Assembly: GCA_002753515.1 (NCBI GenBank)
Contig: PEAK01000012.1
Location: 2 to 64,001 of the forward strand
Length of the DNA: 64,000 bases
Direction: 5' to 3'
Origin: Magnetococcales bacterium
GTDB taxonomy: Bacteria > Pseudomonadota > Magnetococcia > Magnetococcales > UBA8363
Below, piece by piece: positions 20,786 to 31,692 of the stretch. Made by a program: the position numbers and the translations under genes. How positions within the stretch are numbered: the first letter of the stretch is position 1; every line of letters begins with the position of its first letter. The notes below the pieces were generated by a model. That model did not search any database. It was not told the DNA's origin and saw only the letters and a program-made list of their open reading frames with translations.

Positions 20786-21676
20786 ATGGTCTATTCCGAA
20801 ACCGAACTGTTCGCTTTGATGGAGGAGATGCCAGCCTTTCCCCACAGCGGCTTTCGTATTTTGCAAATCACCAACGATATCAATTGCCCACCCAAAGAAT
20901 TGGTCAAGGTCATCGAACAGGATCCCATCGTGACCATGCACCTGCTCAAGTTGGTCAATTCGGAACACTTCGGTCTGGCGAAAAAAATTACCTCCATCAA
21001 ACAAGCCGTGGTTTTTCTCGGTATCAACACCATGAAAAATCTGGCCCTGGGTATCGCCCCCATGGAACTCCTGACCGGAGCCAAATCCTTTCCCTGGTCG
21101 CTGACGAGCATCCTCAGACATTCCCTGACCACCGCCATCATCGCTCGCAAATTGGCCCGGGATCTGGGTTACACCGAAACCCAGGCCACCGATTGTTATG
21201 TAGCCGGCCTGCTCCATGATTTTGGCAAGGTCGCCTTGTTCAAACTTTTCCCGGGACGCTATGAGGCACTCCTCAAACAGTCTGAAAATCAAGGAATCCC
21301 TTTGAGTGAACTTGAGGTGCGGGAAATCGCGATCACCCATACGGCCATTGGTAAATTGTTGGGACAAAGATGGCAATTGCCGGAATTGCTCATCCACAGT
21401 ATGGGCGGGCATCACGATTCCAATCTGTGTGCCACCTCGCCGTTTCTGATTTGTGTTTATACGGCCAACCTGATCGCTGATCGCATGCATCGGGGGGCAA
21501 TGTACAAGCAATCTGCGGGTTCTTCCCTGCCTGCAGCCATGCTCCAATGCCTGGGCAAGGACCTGGACGCTCTGATCGCCTCCATAGGTCTGATCGCGGA
21601 TGAAATCGACCGTGCGTTGTTATTGACTACGATTCGGGAGGATGGTTCCATGGCCGCTTCCATCACACACTCATGA
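20786..21676 (+). CDS. HDOD domain signal-transduction protein
   Basis: IEQDP..T..LLKLVNS, ITSIKQAVVFLG and AGLLHDFGK motifs. Confidence 0.88.
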   Translation: MVYSETELFALMEEMPAFPHSGFRILQITNDINCPPKELVKVIEQDPIVTMHLLKLVNSEHFGLAKKITSIKQAVVFLGINTMKNLALGIAPMELLTGAKSFPWSLTSILRHSLTTAIIARKLARDLGYTETQATDCYVAGLLHDFGKVALFKLFPGRYEALLKQSENQGIPLSELEVREIAITHTAIGKLLGQRWQLPELLIHSMGGHHDSNLCATSPFLICVYTANLIADRMHRGAMYKQSAGSSLPAAMLQCLGKDLDALIASIGLIADEIDRALLLTTIREDGSMAASITHS

Positions 21677-22560
21677 AACTGACCTTTCGTGGCGTTCGCG
21701 GTTCCATCGCCGTCCCCGGACCCAAAACCTTGCGCTATGGTGGCAATACCACCTGCCTGGAAGTCAGGGGGGACCAGGGGGAATTGATCATCCTGGATGC
21801 CGGGACCGGCCTCTACCAATTGGCCTTGACCTTGTTTGGCGAACTGCCCGTCGAAGCCCATCTTTTCCTGACACACACCCATTGGGATCACATCCAGGGA
21901 TTGCCGTTTTTCATTCCCTCCTTCATCCCGGGAAACACCGTCCACATTTATGGCGCTTTCGACCCCGTTGATCACAAAGATATCCGGCAAATTTTATCCC
22001 GACAGTTTGAATACTGCTATTTTCCCGTGCGTGAGGCGGAACTCAAGGCAACCATCACCTATACCACCCTCAAGGAAAGACAGGTGGTGCAGGCGGGTGG
22101 GGTGACCGTCAGCAACATCATCATGAATCATCCCGTGCTTAATTTTGGCTATCGTTTGGAATGCAATGGCAGGAGCATGTTTTTCACCGGTGATCACGAG
22201 CAGCTTTATAACATTTATCCCCCGGGGGAAGAAGACTGGGCGGAATACCAACTGTACGTAAACGAAAAAAACAAGTCCATTACCGACTTCATGCACGGCG
22301 TCGATCTGCTGGTGGCGGACACATCGTATACAATCCAGGATTATCCGCAAAAAAAAGGGTGGGGGCATTCAACCTTTGATGCCAATATTGACATGGCGCG
22401 GGCGGCGGAAGTCAAAGCATTGTATTTCACCCATCACGAACCGGTGCGCTCGGACGATGACCTGGAACGGGTCTTTCAGGAGGCACTGAGCCGCAAAAAG
22501 GTTGCCCAATATGGTCCCCCTTGCTTTTTGGCCCGCGAGGGGCTGACCGTTGATGTCTGA
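21673..22560 (+). CDS. MBL-fold metallo-hydrolase (phosphodiesterase-like)
   Basis: GVRGSIAVPG, YGGNTTC, LDAGTG, THTHWDH and WGHS motifs; ATGA overlap with HDOD. Confidence 0.88.
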   Translation: MKLTFRGVRGSIAVPGPKTLRYGGNTTCLEVRGDQGELIILDAGTGLYQLALTLFGELPVEAHLFLTHTHWDHIQGLPFFIPSFIPGNTVHIYGAFDPVDHKDIRQILSRQFEYCYFPVREAELKATITYTTLKERQVVQAGGVTVSNIIMNHPVLNFGYRLECNGRSMFFTGDHEQLYNIYPPGEEDWAEYQLYVNEKNKSITDFMHGVDLLVADTSYTIQDYPQKKGWGHSTFDANIDMARAAEVKALYFTHHEPVRSDDDLERVFQEALSRKKVAQYGPPCFLAREGLTVDV

Positions 22561-22635
22561 CCCGAGGAAGTGGGGCGTGTTTACGGAACTCATGCTTGGT
22601 AGTTGACCATACAGTGTCGATAGCATTATCCTTTT

Positions 22636-22953
22636 TCACCCCCCTTTTTGCACCACCACCTTCGTCGCCTCAATAATTTTTCTGAAAGATATACTGGTCG
22701 TTGCCCAATCCACCACATCGACTTTCCAGGGTAGATCGGATTCAGAAAAATCATCCTGCAAGTCCCCCGATACCCTGTAATCCAGCGGTTGCTCGGAAAT
22801 GACGCACAAGTCCAGATCCGAATAGCGTTTCGCGGTCCCTTTGACACGGGAACCGAAGGCCCACACTTCAAGCCCGGGCACATGTTTTTTCAGGATATCC
22901 CGTACGATTTGCAAATGGTCGGGGCGGATATCGATCAGTGGGGTATTAACCAT
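22636..22953 (-). CDS. Minimal nucleotidyltransferase (MNT/MntA-type antitoxin)
   Basis: GS-x10-DLD motif (FGSRVKGTAKRYSDLD) and KVDVVD; 105 aa. Confidence 0.9.
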   Translation of the reverse strand: MVNTPLIDIRPDHLQIVRDILKKHVPGLEVWAFGSRVKGTAKRYSDLDLCVISEQPLDYRVSGDLQDDFSESDLPWKVDVVDWATTSISFRKIIEATKVVVQKGG

Positions 22954-23125
22954 TACGTTCCTGAAGCTTTTTCAGTAGATGGCGGACTTCATCTATAAAA
23001 ACGGGAATACCCTCCACAACGTTCATGGCAATCTCTTCGTCATAGGTGTGGCTCGTTTTACCACGCATTTCACGATACTGTTTCCAAACCGACCAGTCAC
23101 CCAGGCGTGATTTCCAAGGCGCTGA
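22946..23125 (-). pseudogene. C-terminal remnant of a second HEPN (HI0074-type) toxin gene
   Basis: Manual translation gives SAPWKSRLGDWSVWKQYREMRGKTSHTYDEEIAMNVVEGIPVFIDEVRHLLKKLQERNG*. It has an RX4HXY motif and no start of its own, and its stop overlaps the MNT ATG. Confidence 0.75.
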
Positions 23126-23548
23126 TCATTCCCAGCTCCGACCCGTCAACCCGCGATAGAGGGCGATGGCATCTTCAATGAATGGCGCGATAATAGTGAG
23201 TGTTGTTGCCGCCTTGGTGCCGCTGTAGTCGTGGGTGGTGTTTACCCTGGCGTTGGCATAGGCAAACCACGTTTCCACAGGAGAAGGCAATAGATGATTC
23301 TGATCCGCCAACCTGAATACAGGTTTGGGGCTGTTGGGAACATCCGGCAGTCCCATGACTTCGACAAGGTGTCGTTTGAGAACTTTCCACAAACTGTCGT
23401 AACACGTTTCAAACCTTTGGATCACCGATTCAGCGATGGCTTCGCGATCCAATGTTGCAAGTTCGGGTCGATCCAGCGCATGCAGGTGGTTGGCGAATTG
23501 CAGCTCCAGGTGTTTCAGTGATTTTTGATATTTTTCGTACTCGATCAT
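23126..23548 (-). CDS. HEPN toxin / nucleotidyltransferase substrate-binding protein (HI0074 family)
   Basis: IQRFETCYDSLWK and RVNTTHDY (RX4HXY) motifs; lies upstream of MNT. Confidence 0.88.
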   Translation of the reverse strand: MIEYEKYQKSLKHLELQFANHLHALDRPELATLDREAIAESVIQRFETCYDSLWKVLKRHLVEVMGLPDVPNSPKPVFRLADQNHLLPSPVETWFAYANARVNTTHDYSGTKAATTLTIIAPFIEDAIALYRGLTGRSWE

Positions 23549-23557
23549 CTTCAGCTG

Positions 23558-26500
23558 TCACGGTTGTTCTATATTTTTCTCGAACGATTCGTCAGATTGG
23601 CGCAAAATCTCCAATGCCGCATCATAGTGATATTCGGAAACCTTGGCGACAACCGATTCGATGCGTTTCGCCACCGGACCGGGCATCGGCATTTGCCGAA
23701 TCCTGGCCAGGGTTTCTTCCACCTCGGAATCAAAATTTTCAAGTTGCTGTATGGCTTGATCAATCAAAGCATTGCGTGCGGCGACGATTGCGCTGTCACT
23801 TTCCCGGGGAGTGGAGTCGGCTATTCTGGGTTCCGTTAACTTTTCCTGGAGAAACGGTAGCAACGCTTGACACAAACCGTTGAGTTCCGTCTCGATTGTT
23901 GCCAGGCAATCATCCCGATGATCTGGGTCGATATCAATCCCTTTTTTGCATAGCGATTCCAGAACACCGGCTTTTTCCGCCAGTGTTTCAGCGCCAATGG
24001 TTGCGGCCACTCCTTTCAGGGTGTGCGCTAGACGGTGCGCCGTTTCCCCATCCCCATTGCGAATGGCCACCCTGATTGCATCGACCGCGCCTCCCTGGTT
24101 GGCGCGAAACCGGGACAACAATGCCAAATAACTTTGTTGACGTCCCCCCAAACGGGCCAGTCCCGCCTGCACATTCAGACCGGGGATATCGGCCAGGGAA
24201 GAAACCGATGCTTCGCCTTCGTCAGACGTAAGGGGCAGGGGTTGGGGCGAAGCCGGTTTGATCCAGCGTGCCAGCGTGGCATACAGATTGGTGGGAGAAA
24301 CCGGTTTGGCCACGTGATCCTGCATTCCCGCTTCCAGGCATAACTCCCGATCACCCGACATGGCATTGGCGGTCATGGCGATGATGGGCAGGGGGTCCAG
24401 GTGGGCAAGTTTGCGAATTTCCCGAGTGGCGGTCAAGCCATCCATGAAGGGCATTTGTACATCCATCAATACACCGTCAAAGGGTTCTTGCTTGACCCGA
24501 TTCAGCGCTTGAAGGCCATTCTCCACGACCACGACGGCAATATTGGCGGTTTCCAGCAATTCCCGTGCAACCTGTTGGTTGATCTCGTTGTCTTCGGCGA
24601 GGAGAATGCGGGCTCCCGAAAGTTTTTCCAACGATTGCCGATGTTCCTCCTGGTGTTGGGGCACCTGACTGTGATGGTCCGTCCTGCCAAAAGCCTCCAG
24701 AATGGATTCAAACAACACACTTTGACTGACCGGTTTGATCAATAAAGCGTCGATCAAGGCTTCATTGCTGGCTCGACGGACCTCTTCTTCATCCCCATAA
24801 GCCGTGGCCATGATGATGAGTGGGGGCGAGGGTAAACCCAATCCAAAGCGAATGGAGGTTGCCGCTGTTATGCCGTCCATTTCCGACATCATATAATCCA
24901 TCAACACCAAAGCAAAGGAATCCCCGGCGTTTTCCGCTGCTTCAACAGCGGCAACGGCTTCCGGGCCGGAGTGGACCTTGACTACCTTGAACGTCAAGGA
25001 TTCCAAGTAAAATGCCATGATGTCGCAAGCATTTTCATTATCGTCAACCACCAGGACTTTCAAACCGGCGAGGTCGCCGATGGGGAGTATCGGTTTTGCA
25101 ACACTATTTTGGCCTATTCCCAAACGCACATCAAAAAAGAATCGCGATCCGACACCCGGTTGGCTTTCCACCTGAATGTTCCCCCCCATCAAGGCAACCA
25201 ATCGCTGGGATATGGCCAAGCCCAGACCCGTACCACCGAAACGCCGGGTAATGGAGGTATCCGCTTGACTGAAGGCCTGGAACAATCTCTCTGTTTGCTC
25301 CCGGGTCATGCCGATCCCGGTATCCTGTATGACGAACTGCACACGAACTTCCTGTTCGTTGCGCTCAAGGATCCGGGTCGCAATGGACACTTCCCCGGTC
25401 TCAGTGAACTTGACGGAGTTGTTGGCCAGGTTGATCAATACCTGCCCCAGACGCAGTGGATCACCCACCAGCACGGGGGGGAGGTCCAAAGCGGGCTTCA
25501 AGATGAATTCCAGGCGTTTTTCGTGAGCTTTGAGGGCAATCATGGATGCCAGATTGCCCAATACCTCCTCCAGGGTGAATTCTATGCTCTCCAAATCGAG
25601 GCGTCCGGCATCTATCTTGGAAAAATCGAGGATATCGTTGATGATGCCCAACAATGATGTTGCCGAGGTATGGACTTTGCGGATGTAATCCTTTTGTTTG
25701 ACCGTCAACTTGGTTTGCAGGCACAAATGACTGAGGCCAATGATGGCATTCATGGGGGTGCGGATTTCGTGGCTCATGTTGGCCAGGAATTCCGATTTCG
25801 CCTGGCTCGCCTGTTCCGCTTTGATCAATGCTTCTTCGCGTTCCATCTCCAAACGTTTTTTTTCGGTGATGTCGTCTTTGATAGCCAGATAGTGGGTGAT
25901 GTTTCCTTCGCTATCGCGCACGGGGGAAATGACAGCGTATTCCCAGAACAAGGATCCATCTTTTCTTTTGTTTTGCAGTTCTCCCCTCCAGGTACCGCCC
26001 TGGGAGAGTGTGTCCCACATGGTGCGATAGACGGCGCTCGGGGTGTTTCCCGAACGAATCATATCCGGTTTGTTGTGCAACAGTTCCGCGCTGGTGAAGC
26101 CCGTTGATTCGATACATTTGGGATTGACGTAGATGATGAAGCCTTTGGCGTTGGTGATCATGATATCCGAGGAACTTTGCTCCATCGCCTGAGATAGGAA
26201 GCGGATGCGCTCCTCAGCCTGATGACGGTCGGTAATACATTGGATGGTGCCGATGACCTCGGTCACTTTTCCCTGGTCGTCGCGGATGAACTCGGCCAAT
26301 TCACGAATCCAGCGGATTTCGTTATTGACCAGAACGCGATGCTCGATATCGTATGCCGATTCTCCGGCCAACGCCGTAGCCCAGGCATGGATGACTTTTG
26401 ACCGATCATCCGGATGGATATATTGGATGAAGGTTTGCTCATCCATGGGTGTGCCTTGAGGGATACCGATCAGGTTATAAATTTCATTTGACCAGTAGAT

Positions 26501-27589
26501 GTTGCCCGATGCGACATCCATCTGCCAGCTTCCCAGAAGGGCGACCTTTTGCGCTCGGTTGAGGGTGGCTTCGCTGCGCTGTAGCTCGGCGGTACGCTCT
26601 TTGACACGTTGTTCCAATTCTTTCTGAATCGAGGTCAGGTCGCAGGTCCGTTCGTCAAAGGCCCGGGCCAGGAGTTCCAGTTCGTCGTTGCTGCCCAGGG
26701 GTGCGCAAGGGGTTTCGCCTTCGGCTCCAGCGCGGCGTACCCGATTACTCAATGCCAGAATGGGCCGCGCAATATGGCTTCCCAGCCACATGGAGGCCCC
26801 AACGGCACCGACTACCAGGAGTACTCCCAATAGCACGAAAAAGCCAACAGCCCGGTAGATGGGTGCCCGAAACTCGGCCAAGGGTGTCCCCACCAGAATA
26901 CCCGCCCGTATCTGACGCAATAAGGGGGCGGAATAGTCGGCCATCACCAGCTCGGTGAGATATTCTATAGCTGGCGTGAAATGAAAGATGAAACGGTTTT
27001 TTCCTTCCAGGATGATAGCGTGATATCTGGAATCGTTTTGCGTCAATAAGCGTTTGGCCAGGGCTTCCATATCGTATTGGATGACGACCGCGCCTTGAGT
27101 GGTCTGGTAGTAGTGTACCGGGGCGACGATGAGTAACGATTGGTCAACATGGGATAGATACACTCCGTGCCGACCCAGGCTTAGTGCTTGGCGCAGTTCT
27201 GGGGAATCGTTAAAATCGGGAGGTTTGTCTCCCTTGACGAAAAGGGGGTGACCATCAAAGTCCACCAGGGCGAACGAAATGACCTCAAGCCCGGCAGAAA
27301 AATTTTCCGCAATTTTCGGCAAATATTTCTCGCGACCCTGGGGATCAATCAGGCCATTGATTATAAAATGGTTTTCTGCAAGTCTTCGCGTATTTTCCAG
27401 CAACATGCCCATCTGTTGTTCCAGGCGCAACATTTCATGCCGGGCCTGGTTACTCAGGTTGGCACGATGTTCCCTTTCCAGGTGGCCGAACAGCAACAGG
27501 GCAATGAACAGCGTCGATAGCCCAACGGTGAATACCACCAAAGCGGAAATGGATGAGATCAACCTGGTACGGATGCTTGTGAACATCAT
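23558..27589 (-). CDS. Hybrid sensor histidine kinase (periplasmic sensor, HAMP, 2xPAS, HisKA/HATPase, 2xREC, Hpt)
   Basis: [17 protein letters not shown]-box, GGTGLGL G-box, two receivers (LMDYMM, LMDVQMP), and RLAHTLKG Hpt. Confidence 0.93.
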   Translation of the reverse strand: MMFTSIRTRLISSISALVVFTVGLSTLFIALLLFGHLEREHRANLSNQARHEMLRLEQQMGMLLENTRRLAENHFIINGLIDPQGREKYLPKIAENFSAGLEVISFALVDFDGHPLFVKGDKPPDFNDSPELRQALSLGRHGVYLSHVDQSLLIVAPVHYYQTTQGAVVIQYDMEALAKRLLTQNDSRYHAIILEGKNRFIFHFTPAIEYLTELVMADYSAPLLRQIRAGILVGTPLAEFRAPIYRAVGFFVLLGVLLVVGAVGASMWLGSHIARPILALSNRVRRAGAEGETPCAPLGSNDELELLARAFDERTCDLTSIQKELEQRVKERTAELQRSEATLNRAQKVALLGSWQMDVASGNIYWSNEIYNLIGIPQGTPMDEQTFIQYIHPDDRSKVIHAWATALAGESAYDIEHRVLVNNEIRWIRELAEFIRDDQGKVTEVIGTIQCITDRHQAEERIRFLSQAMEQSSSDIMITNAKGFIIYVNPKCIESTGFTSAELLHNKPDMIRSGNTPSAVYRTMWDTLSQGGTWRGELQNKRKDGSLFWEYAVISPVRDSEGNITHYLAIKDDITEKKRLEMEREEALIKAEQASQAKSEFLANMSHEIRTPMNAIIGLSHLCLQTKLTVKQKDYIRKVHTSATSLLGIINDILDFSKIDAGRLDLESIEFTLEEVLGNLASMIALKAHEKRLEFILKPALDLPPVLVGDPLRLGQVLINLANNSVKFTETGEVSIATRILERNEQEVRVQFVIQDTGIGMTREQTERLFQAFSQADTSITRRFGGTGLGLAISQRLVALMGGNIQVESQPGVGSRFFFDVRLGIGQNSVAKPILPIGDLAGLKVLVVDDNENACDIMAFYLESLTFKVVKVHSGPEAVAAVEAAENAGDSFALVLMDYMMSEMDGITAATSIRFGLGLPSPPLIIMATAYGDEEEVRRASNEALIDALLIKPVSQSVLFESILEAFGRTDHHSQVPQHQEEHRQSLEKLSGARILLAEDNEINQQVARELLETANIAVVVVENGLQALNRVKQEPFDGVLMDVQMPFMDGLTATREIRKLAHLDPLPIIAMTANAMSGDRELCLEAGMQDHVAKPVSPTNLYATLARWIKPASPQPLPLTSDEGEASVSSLADIPGLNVQAGLARLGGRQQSYLALLSRFRANQGGAVDAIRVAIRNGDGETAHRLAHTLKGVAATIGAETLAEKAGVLESLCKKGIDIDPDHRDDCLATIETELNGLCQALLPFLQEKLTEPRIADSTPRESDSAIVAARNALIDQAIQQLENFDSEVEETLARIRQMPMPGPVAKRIESVVAKVSEYHYDAALEILRQSDESFEKNIEQP

Positions 27590-29778
27590 TGTGGTTTCCG
27601 ATCTGCCAGATCATGGGTGCTGGGGATCAGTTCGCCCTGAGCATTAAAGCGGGCGAGAAAATAATCATTCTGGTCCAGGGCATCGTGTCGATCGGGGGTA
27701 AAGGGCGGTGCATACCGTTTGATCAAACCATCATGGTCATGGATCGTTTCCAAGGCATCGCGCACAGCCGACCTGTTTGTCGTTCCCGCCCGGGTAATGG
27801 CCTTGGCCAAGAGATGAATCAAGTCGTAAGCCTGGGCGGTTCCGACGGGCGAGGGGATTGTTTCCAATTCTCCCTGAAAGAAAAAATCCTGATACAGGTG
27901 TAACACCTGCTCGGCCTTGTTGCCAGTTTTGTTTCCGTTGAAGGAAAAGGTTTGTAAAATTTGCAGATCGATCATCGGGGGCAGCGGTCCCATCTGCGAC
28001 CACAGATTGCTGATGCCCCAGTGGGCGATGATGGGGAAAATTTTGTGTCCTTTTCCATGATCGCTGATCAATTCCTTGACCAACCCCGCTCCTTCCATGG
28101 TGTTGGCCACCAGGACGATGGCATCGGCCCCTGATTTCCTGATGGCATCCACGATGGGGGGCCAGTTGGTTTCACCCCGATTGATCCAACTGACATGTAC
28201 CGGGGCATTGCCGACTCCCTCCAGGTATTGGCCCATGGATGCCAAATTACCCCGTCCCCACACGGAATTTTCCAACAACAGGGCCACTTTGCCAAACTGT
28301 TTGGTTGCGGCTTGTGCCAAAAAAGGACCCGCAAGATGGTCGTTGGCCGATAATCGAAAGGTAAAATTGGGTTTTTGCTGATAATCGATAATATCGGCTC
28401 CCGCCGCCCAGGGAACCAGATTGGGGATGCCGATCCGTTGCGCCTCCCGGGCTTCAAGTTCGGCAATCGTGCTGAAGGTTCCCCCCAGTATGGCCACCAC
28501 TTCCGGCATGGCGGCCAAATCTTGAAAGTTTTGTACCCCCCGGGAAGGCATGGCTTTGTTGTCCCGACAGACCAACTGCAACGGTCGTCCCAGAACGCCG
28601 CCTGAACGATTGATTTCATCCATGGCCAGCATGGCCCCTTGTTTGATGCCTAGGCTGGAGCGAATGCTCAGGGTGGACAGATCGCTGTCAAAGCCGACGA
28701 TGATCTCTTGTTTGTTTTGTTTCCTGCTTGGCTCGGACCTGAAAAAGTCATCCGCTTTGGCTAGAATGTCAGGACCGATGACCGACTCAAAATGTCGGGG
28801 AAGATGGGCTGCGGAAACGGTAAAGGCTTGGCGCTCGCCATCGGTCAGTGTCTGTACGTTGACGTTGGCCTTGCGTACCTGTTCGATAAATTGTATTTCG
28901 CGCCGTTGGGTTTCCGCACGTTCAAAGGCAACCAGTTCGGTTCCGGTCGTGGTCAGGAGGGTGCGAATATCACCGGGAAGATTTTGGAAAACCGAACCGC
29001 TGATGGCCAGGACATATCCCAGGTAGCCGTGATTGCTCAGTGTCAGGTGGGATTGCACCTCGTGAATCTTCAGGCCAACAATGGCAACCAGGGGATTTTC
29101 CTGTCCGTCAACGACTTTGTCGACCAAGGCTTGGTGGGTTGAATGAAAATCGATCAGCACAGGGATGGCCCCCATGGCTTCGTAATGATGCATGATGATC
29201 CGACTTTTCATCGTGCGTATTTTTTTACCTTTAAAATCATCAGGGCCATGGATCGGCTGATTGGATGTGAACTGTTTAAAACCGTTTTCCCAGAAGGCGA
29301 TCCCCTCCAAACCAATGGGGCGCAGCTTGGCCAACAGCAATTGACCCAGTTCGCCATCGAGTAGATGGTAAAGTATTTCCGGGGACGGAAAGTAAAACGG
29401 CAGATCGACAAATTGCAGTGCCGGCACCGCCACGCTCATTTTGGCAGTCGGGATCAACACGATGTCCAGCTTGCCCTGACGGGCCATTTCCAACATTTGA
29501 TCGTCATTACCCAATTCTTGGAACGGATGCACGCTGACCGCAACCTTGCCACCACTTTTTTGCCCGACCTCCTCGGCAAAGCGGACTGCGGCAACGTGCA
29601 GGGCGCTGTCGGTGGGGGAATTATGACCAAAGCGCAGGGGGAAGATCGTGTGGGTGGAAGGGGTGGGGGGGTGGGAGATGCTTGCTTGTTCTATGGAAAG
29701 TTGAACCAACCAGACAACCAACAGTACCGAAAGGCCGGAAAAAACGACGCCGAGAAAGATATATCTTAATAATTTCAT
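27586..29778 (-). CDS. Membrane-anchored fusion of a DctP-type TRAP solute-binding domain and a LivK/Leu-binding-type periplasmic domain
   Basis: N-terminal TM helix; DctP motifs (ENGFKQFT, DGQENP, HLTLSNHGY); then IVGFD...GAMLAMDEINRSGGVLGRPLQL typical of ABC branched-chain amino-acid binding proteins. Confidence 0.85.
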   Translation of the reverse strand: MKLLRYIFLGVVFSGLSVLLVVWLVQLSIEQASISHPPTPSTHTIFPLRFGHNSPTDSALHVAAVRFAEEVGQKSGGKVAVSVHPFQELGNDDQMLEMARQGKLDIVLIPTAKMSVAVPALQFVDLPFYFPSPEILYHLLDGELGQLLLAKLRPIGLEGIAFWENGFKQFTSNQPIHGPDDFKGKKIRTMKSRIIMHHYEAMGAIPVLIDFHSTHQALVDKVVDGQENPLVAIVGLKIHEVQSHLTLSNHGYLGYVLAISGSVFQNLPGDIRTLLTTTGTELVAFERAETQRREIQFIEQVRKANVNVQTLTDGERQAFTVSAAHLPRHFESVIGPDILAKADDFFRSEPSRKQNKQEIIVGFDSDLSTLSIRSSLGIKQGAMLAMDEINRSGGVLGRPLQLVCRDNKAMPSRGVQNFQDLAAMPEVVAILGGTFSTIAELEAREAQRIGIPNLVPWAAGADIIDYQQKPNFTFRLSANDHLAGPFLAQAATKQFGKVALLLENSVWGRGNLASMGQYLEGVGNAPVHVSWINRGETNWPPIVDAIRKSGADAIVLVANTMEGAGLVKELISDHGKGHKIFPIIAHWGISNLWSQMGPLPPMIDLQILQTFSFNGNKTGNKAEQVLHLYQDFFFQGELETIPSPVGTAQAYDLIHLLAKAITRAGTTNRSAVRDALETIHDHDGLIKRYAPPFTPDRHDALDQNDYFLARFNAQGELIPSTHDLADRKPQ

Positions 29779-30005
29779 GATCTTGATTCCTGATGGGCTC
29801 TCTTAAGGCCCATACCGTTTCAAATAGCCCATAATCATCCAATAAATATGGTTTTCATCATGTCTCAGAGATGGTAGCCGATATTTATTGATTCCTGGAA
29901 GCTTTTTCAGGTAGTCTATGCTACTTGAAAAAGGGTGAATGGGGTTTTGTTTTTTTATGCCCGAAGGGTCGTGTTGAACATGCGAGTGGGGTGCCGTACG
30001 CCGCC

Positions 30006-30965
30006 ATGAAAGATGTACTGGTTCTCACTCCCGTCTATAACGACTGGGAATCCTTGAGGATATTGCTCGGTCATCTGGATGTCCTCGCACGATCCGGTCA
30101 TTTCGGAATCTCCGTGGTGGCGATAGATGACGGTTCCACCGACAAAATGCCTGAAAATCTGTTCCCTTCCGGGGCCTACGCTTCCCTCACCTTCGTTGAC
30201 GTGTTGGAAATGCAATGCAATGTGGGTCATCAGAATGCTATCGCCATAGGCTTGGCCGAAGTGACTCGACGAGAGGAACTTTCCGAAAACCTTGCGGTCG
30301 TCGTCATGGACTGCGATGGCGAGGATGACCCGGAAGATATTCCCCGCCTGCTCCAGGCTTTTTCCGCCCACCCCGGGCATATCGTTCTGGCGCACCGGAA
30401 AGAGCGGTCGGAGGGACTCATATTCGTTATATTCTATCATATATACAAGCTCCTGTTCCGTTTGGCGACAGGGCAGGGGATCTCCTTCGGGAATTTCTGT
30501 GTTCTCCCACTGACAATCGCCAGACGTCTCACTTTCATGTCCCAACTCTGGAACAGCCTGCCCGCATGTGTTGTGCGGTCGCGTATTCCCAACGTTCTCC
30601 TGCCAACCCAGCGGGGACAACGTTTTTGCGGCAGTTCCCACATGAACTTCATCGGTTTGGTCCTCCATGGCTACAACGCCATTGCCGTCTTTTCCGATAT
30701 CGTTTTCATCCGTATCTTTCTTTTCGTTCTCGGGATAAGCACCCTGACTTCCATTCTGGTCATTCTGATCCGTTTCCTCACCGATTGGGTTCCGCATCTC
30801 TGGGCCACCATCATGGTGGGTTTTATGACGGTTGTCCTCGCCATGACACTGATTTCCCTGATCAGTTTCAGTCTCCTGACGTTGCAAATCCGGTCTCAGT
30901 TGCGGATTGTTCCGGGACTACACGGCAGGATGTTCCTGCGTCGTGTCCTCCGGGTGATCGGCTGA
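30006..30965 (+). CDS. GT2 polyprenol-phosphate glycosyltransferase (GtrB-like) with two C-terminal TM helices
   Basis: PVYND, DDGSTD, GHQNAI and MDCDGEDDP motifs. Confidence 0.88.
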   Translation: MKDVLVLTPVYNDWESLRILLGHLDVLARSGHFGISVVAIDDGSTDKMPENLFPSGAYASLTFVDVLEMQCNVGHQNAIAIGLAEVTRREELSENLAVVVMDCDGEDDPEDIPRLLQAFSAHPGHIVLAHRKERSEGLIFVIFYHIYKLLFRLATGQGISFGNFCVLPLTIARRLTFMSQLWNSLPACVVRSRIPNVLLPTQRGQRFCGSSHMNFIGLVLHGYNAIAVFSDIVFIRIFLFVLGISTLTSILVILIRFLTDWVPHLWATIMVGFMTVVLAMTLISLISFSLLTLQIRSQLRIVPGLHGRMFLRRVLRVIG

Positions 30966-30969
30966 TGCC

Positions 30970-31692
30970 ATGACCAGTACCCATATCTATCCCGGTACGG
31001 AACTCGGCCTTTTTGCGGAGGCCCGCAACTGGAAGCAATACACGGCTCAAACCCTGTCCCCCTACCTGCGGGGGCGTATTCTCGAAGTGGGGGCCGGCCT
31101 CGGCAGCATGACCCGGGTTCTTTGCACTGGAAAGGAAACTTCCTGGATCTGCCTGGAGCCCGATCCACAAATGGCCGAAACCTTGCGGAAGGCAGTGGAA
31201 AGTGGGAGTCTTCCCGCAATCTGCCAGATTGAAAACGGTATTTTACGGAATATCGCCGCCTTGGCCCCCTTTGATGTCATATTGTATGTCGATGTTCTTG
31301 AACACATCGCCGACGATGTACGGGAAGTGCATGAAGCGCGTGATTTGTTGGCCCCTGGCGGACGACTCATCGTCCTGAGTCCCGCCTTCCAATGGTTTTT
31401 CACCGAGTTCGATCACGCAATCGGTCATTATCGCCGCTACAACAAAAAATCAATGACGGCCCTGACCTCTCCGGGTTTGCGGCTGCATCGCTGTCTCTAT
31501 CTGGATTCCGTGGGTCTCCTGGCCTCCCTGGCCAACAAGCTGTTCCTCAAATCAGCTCAGCCTGATCCAAGGCAGATTCATTTCTGGGATCAATATATGG
31601 TGCCCCTTTCCCGTGTATGCGACCGATTGGTTTTGCATTCCTGGGGGCGCTCCATCGTGGGTATCTGGGGTCGGGACGAATGCGCGTATTAA
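30970..31692 (+). CDS. Class I SAM-dependent methyltransferase
   Basis: ILEVGAGLG motif I, VLEHIADD and LAPGG motifs. Confidence 0.88.
   Translation: MTSTHIYPGTELGLFAEARNWKQYTAQTLSPYLRGRILEVGAGLGSMTRVLCTGKETSWICLEPDPQMAETLRKAVESGSLPAICQIENGILRNIAALAPFDVILYVDVLEHIADDVREVHEARDLLAPGGRLIVLSPAFQWFFTEFDHAIGHYRRYNKKSMTALTSPGLRLHRCLYLDSVGLLASLANKLFLKSAQPDPRQIHFWDQYMVPLSRVCDRLVLHSWGRSIVGIWGRDECAY

Noticed and set aside
23126-23128. Selenocysteine readthrough of the HEPN TGA
   Set aside because: No SECIS-like hairpin recognised after the TGA, and the position is not a catalytic Cys site; a recombination remnant explains the open frame more simply.
29955-30887. 310-aa minus-strand ORF (and similarly 33103-34176, 18509-19651, 20693-21547, 40748-41581)
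   Set aside because: Each lies fully antisense to a well-supported gene and has no domain signature.
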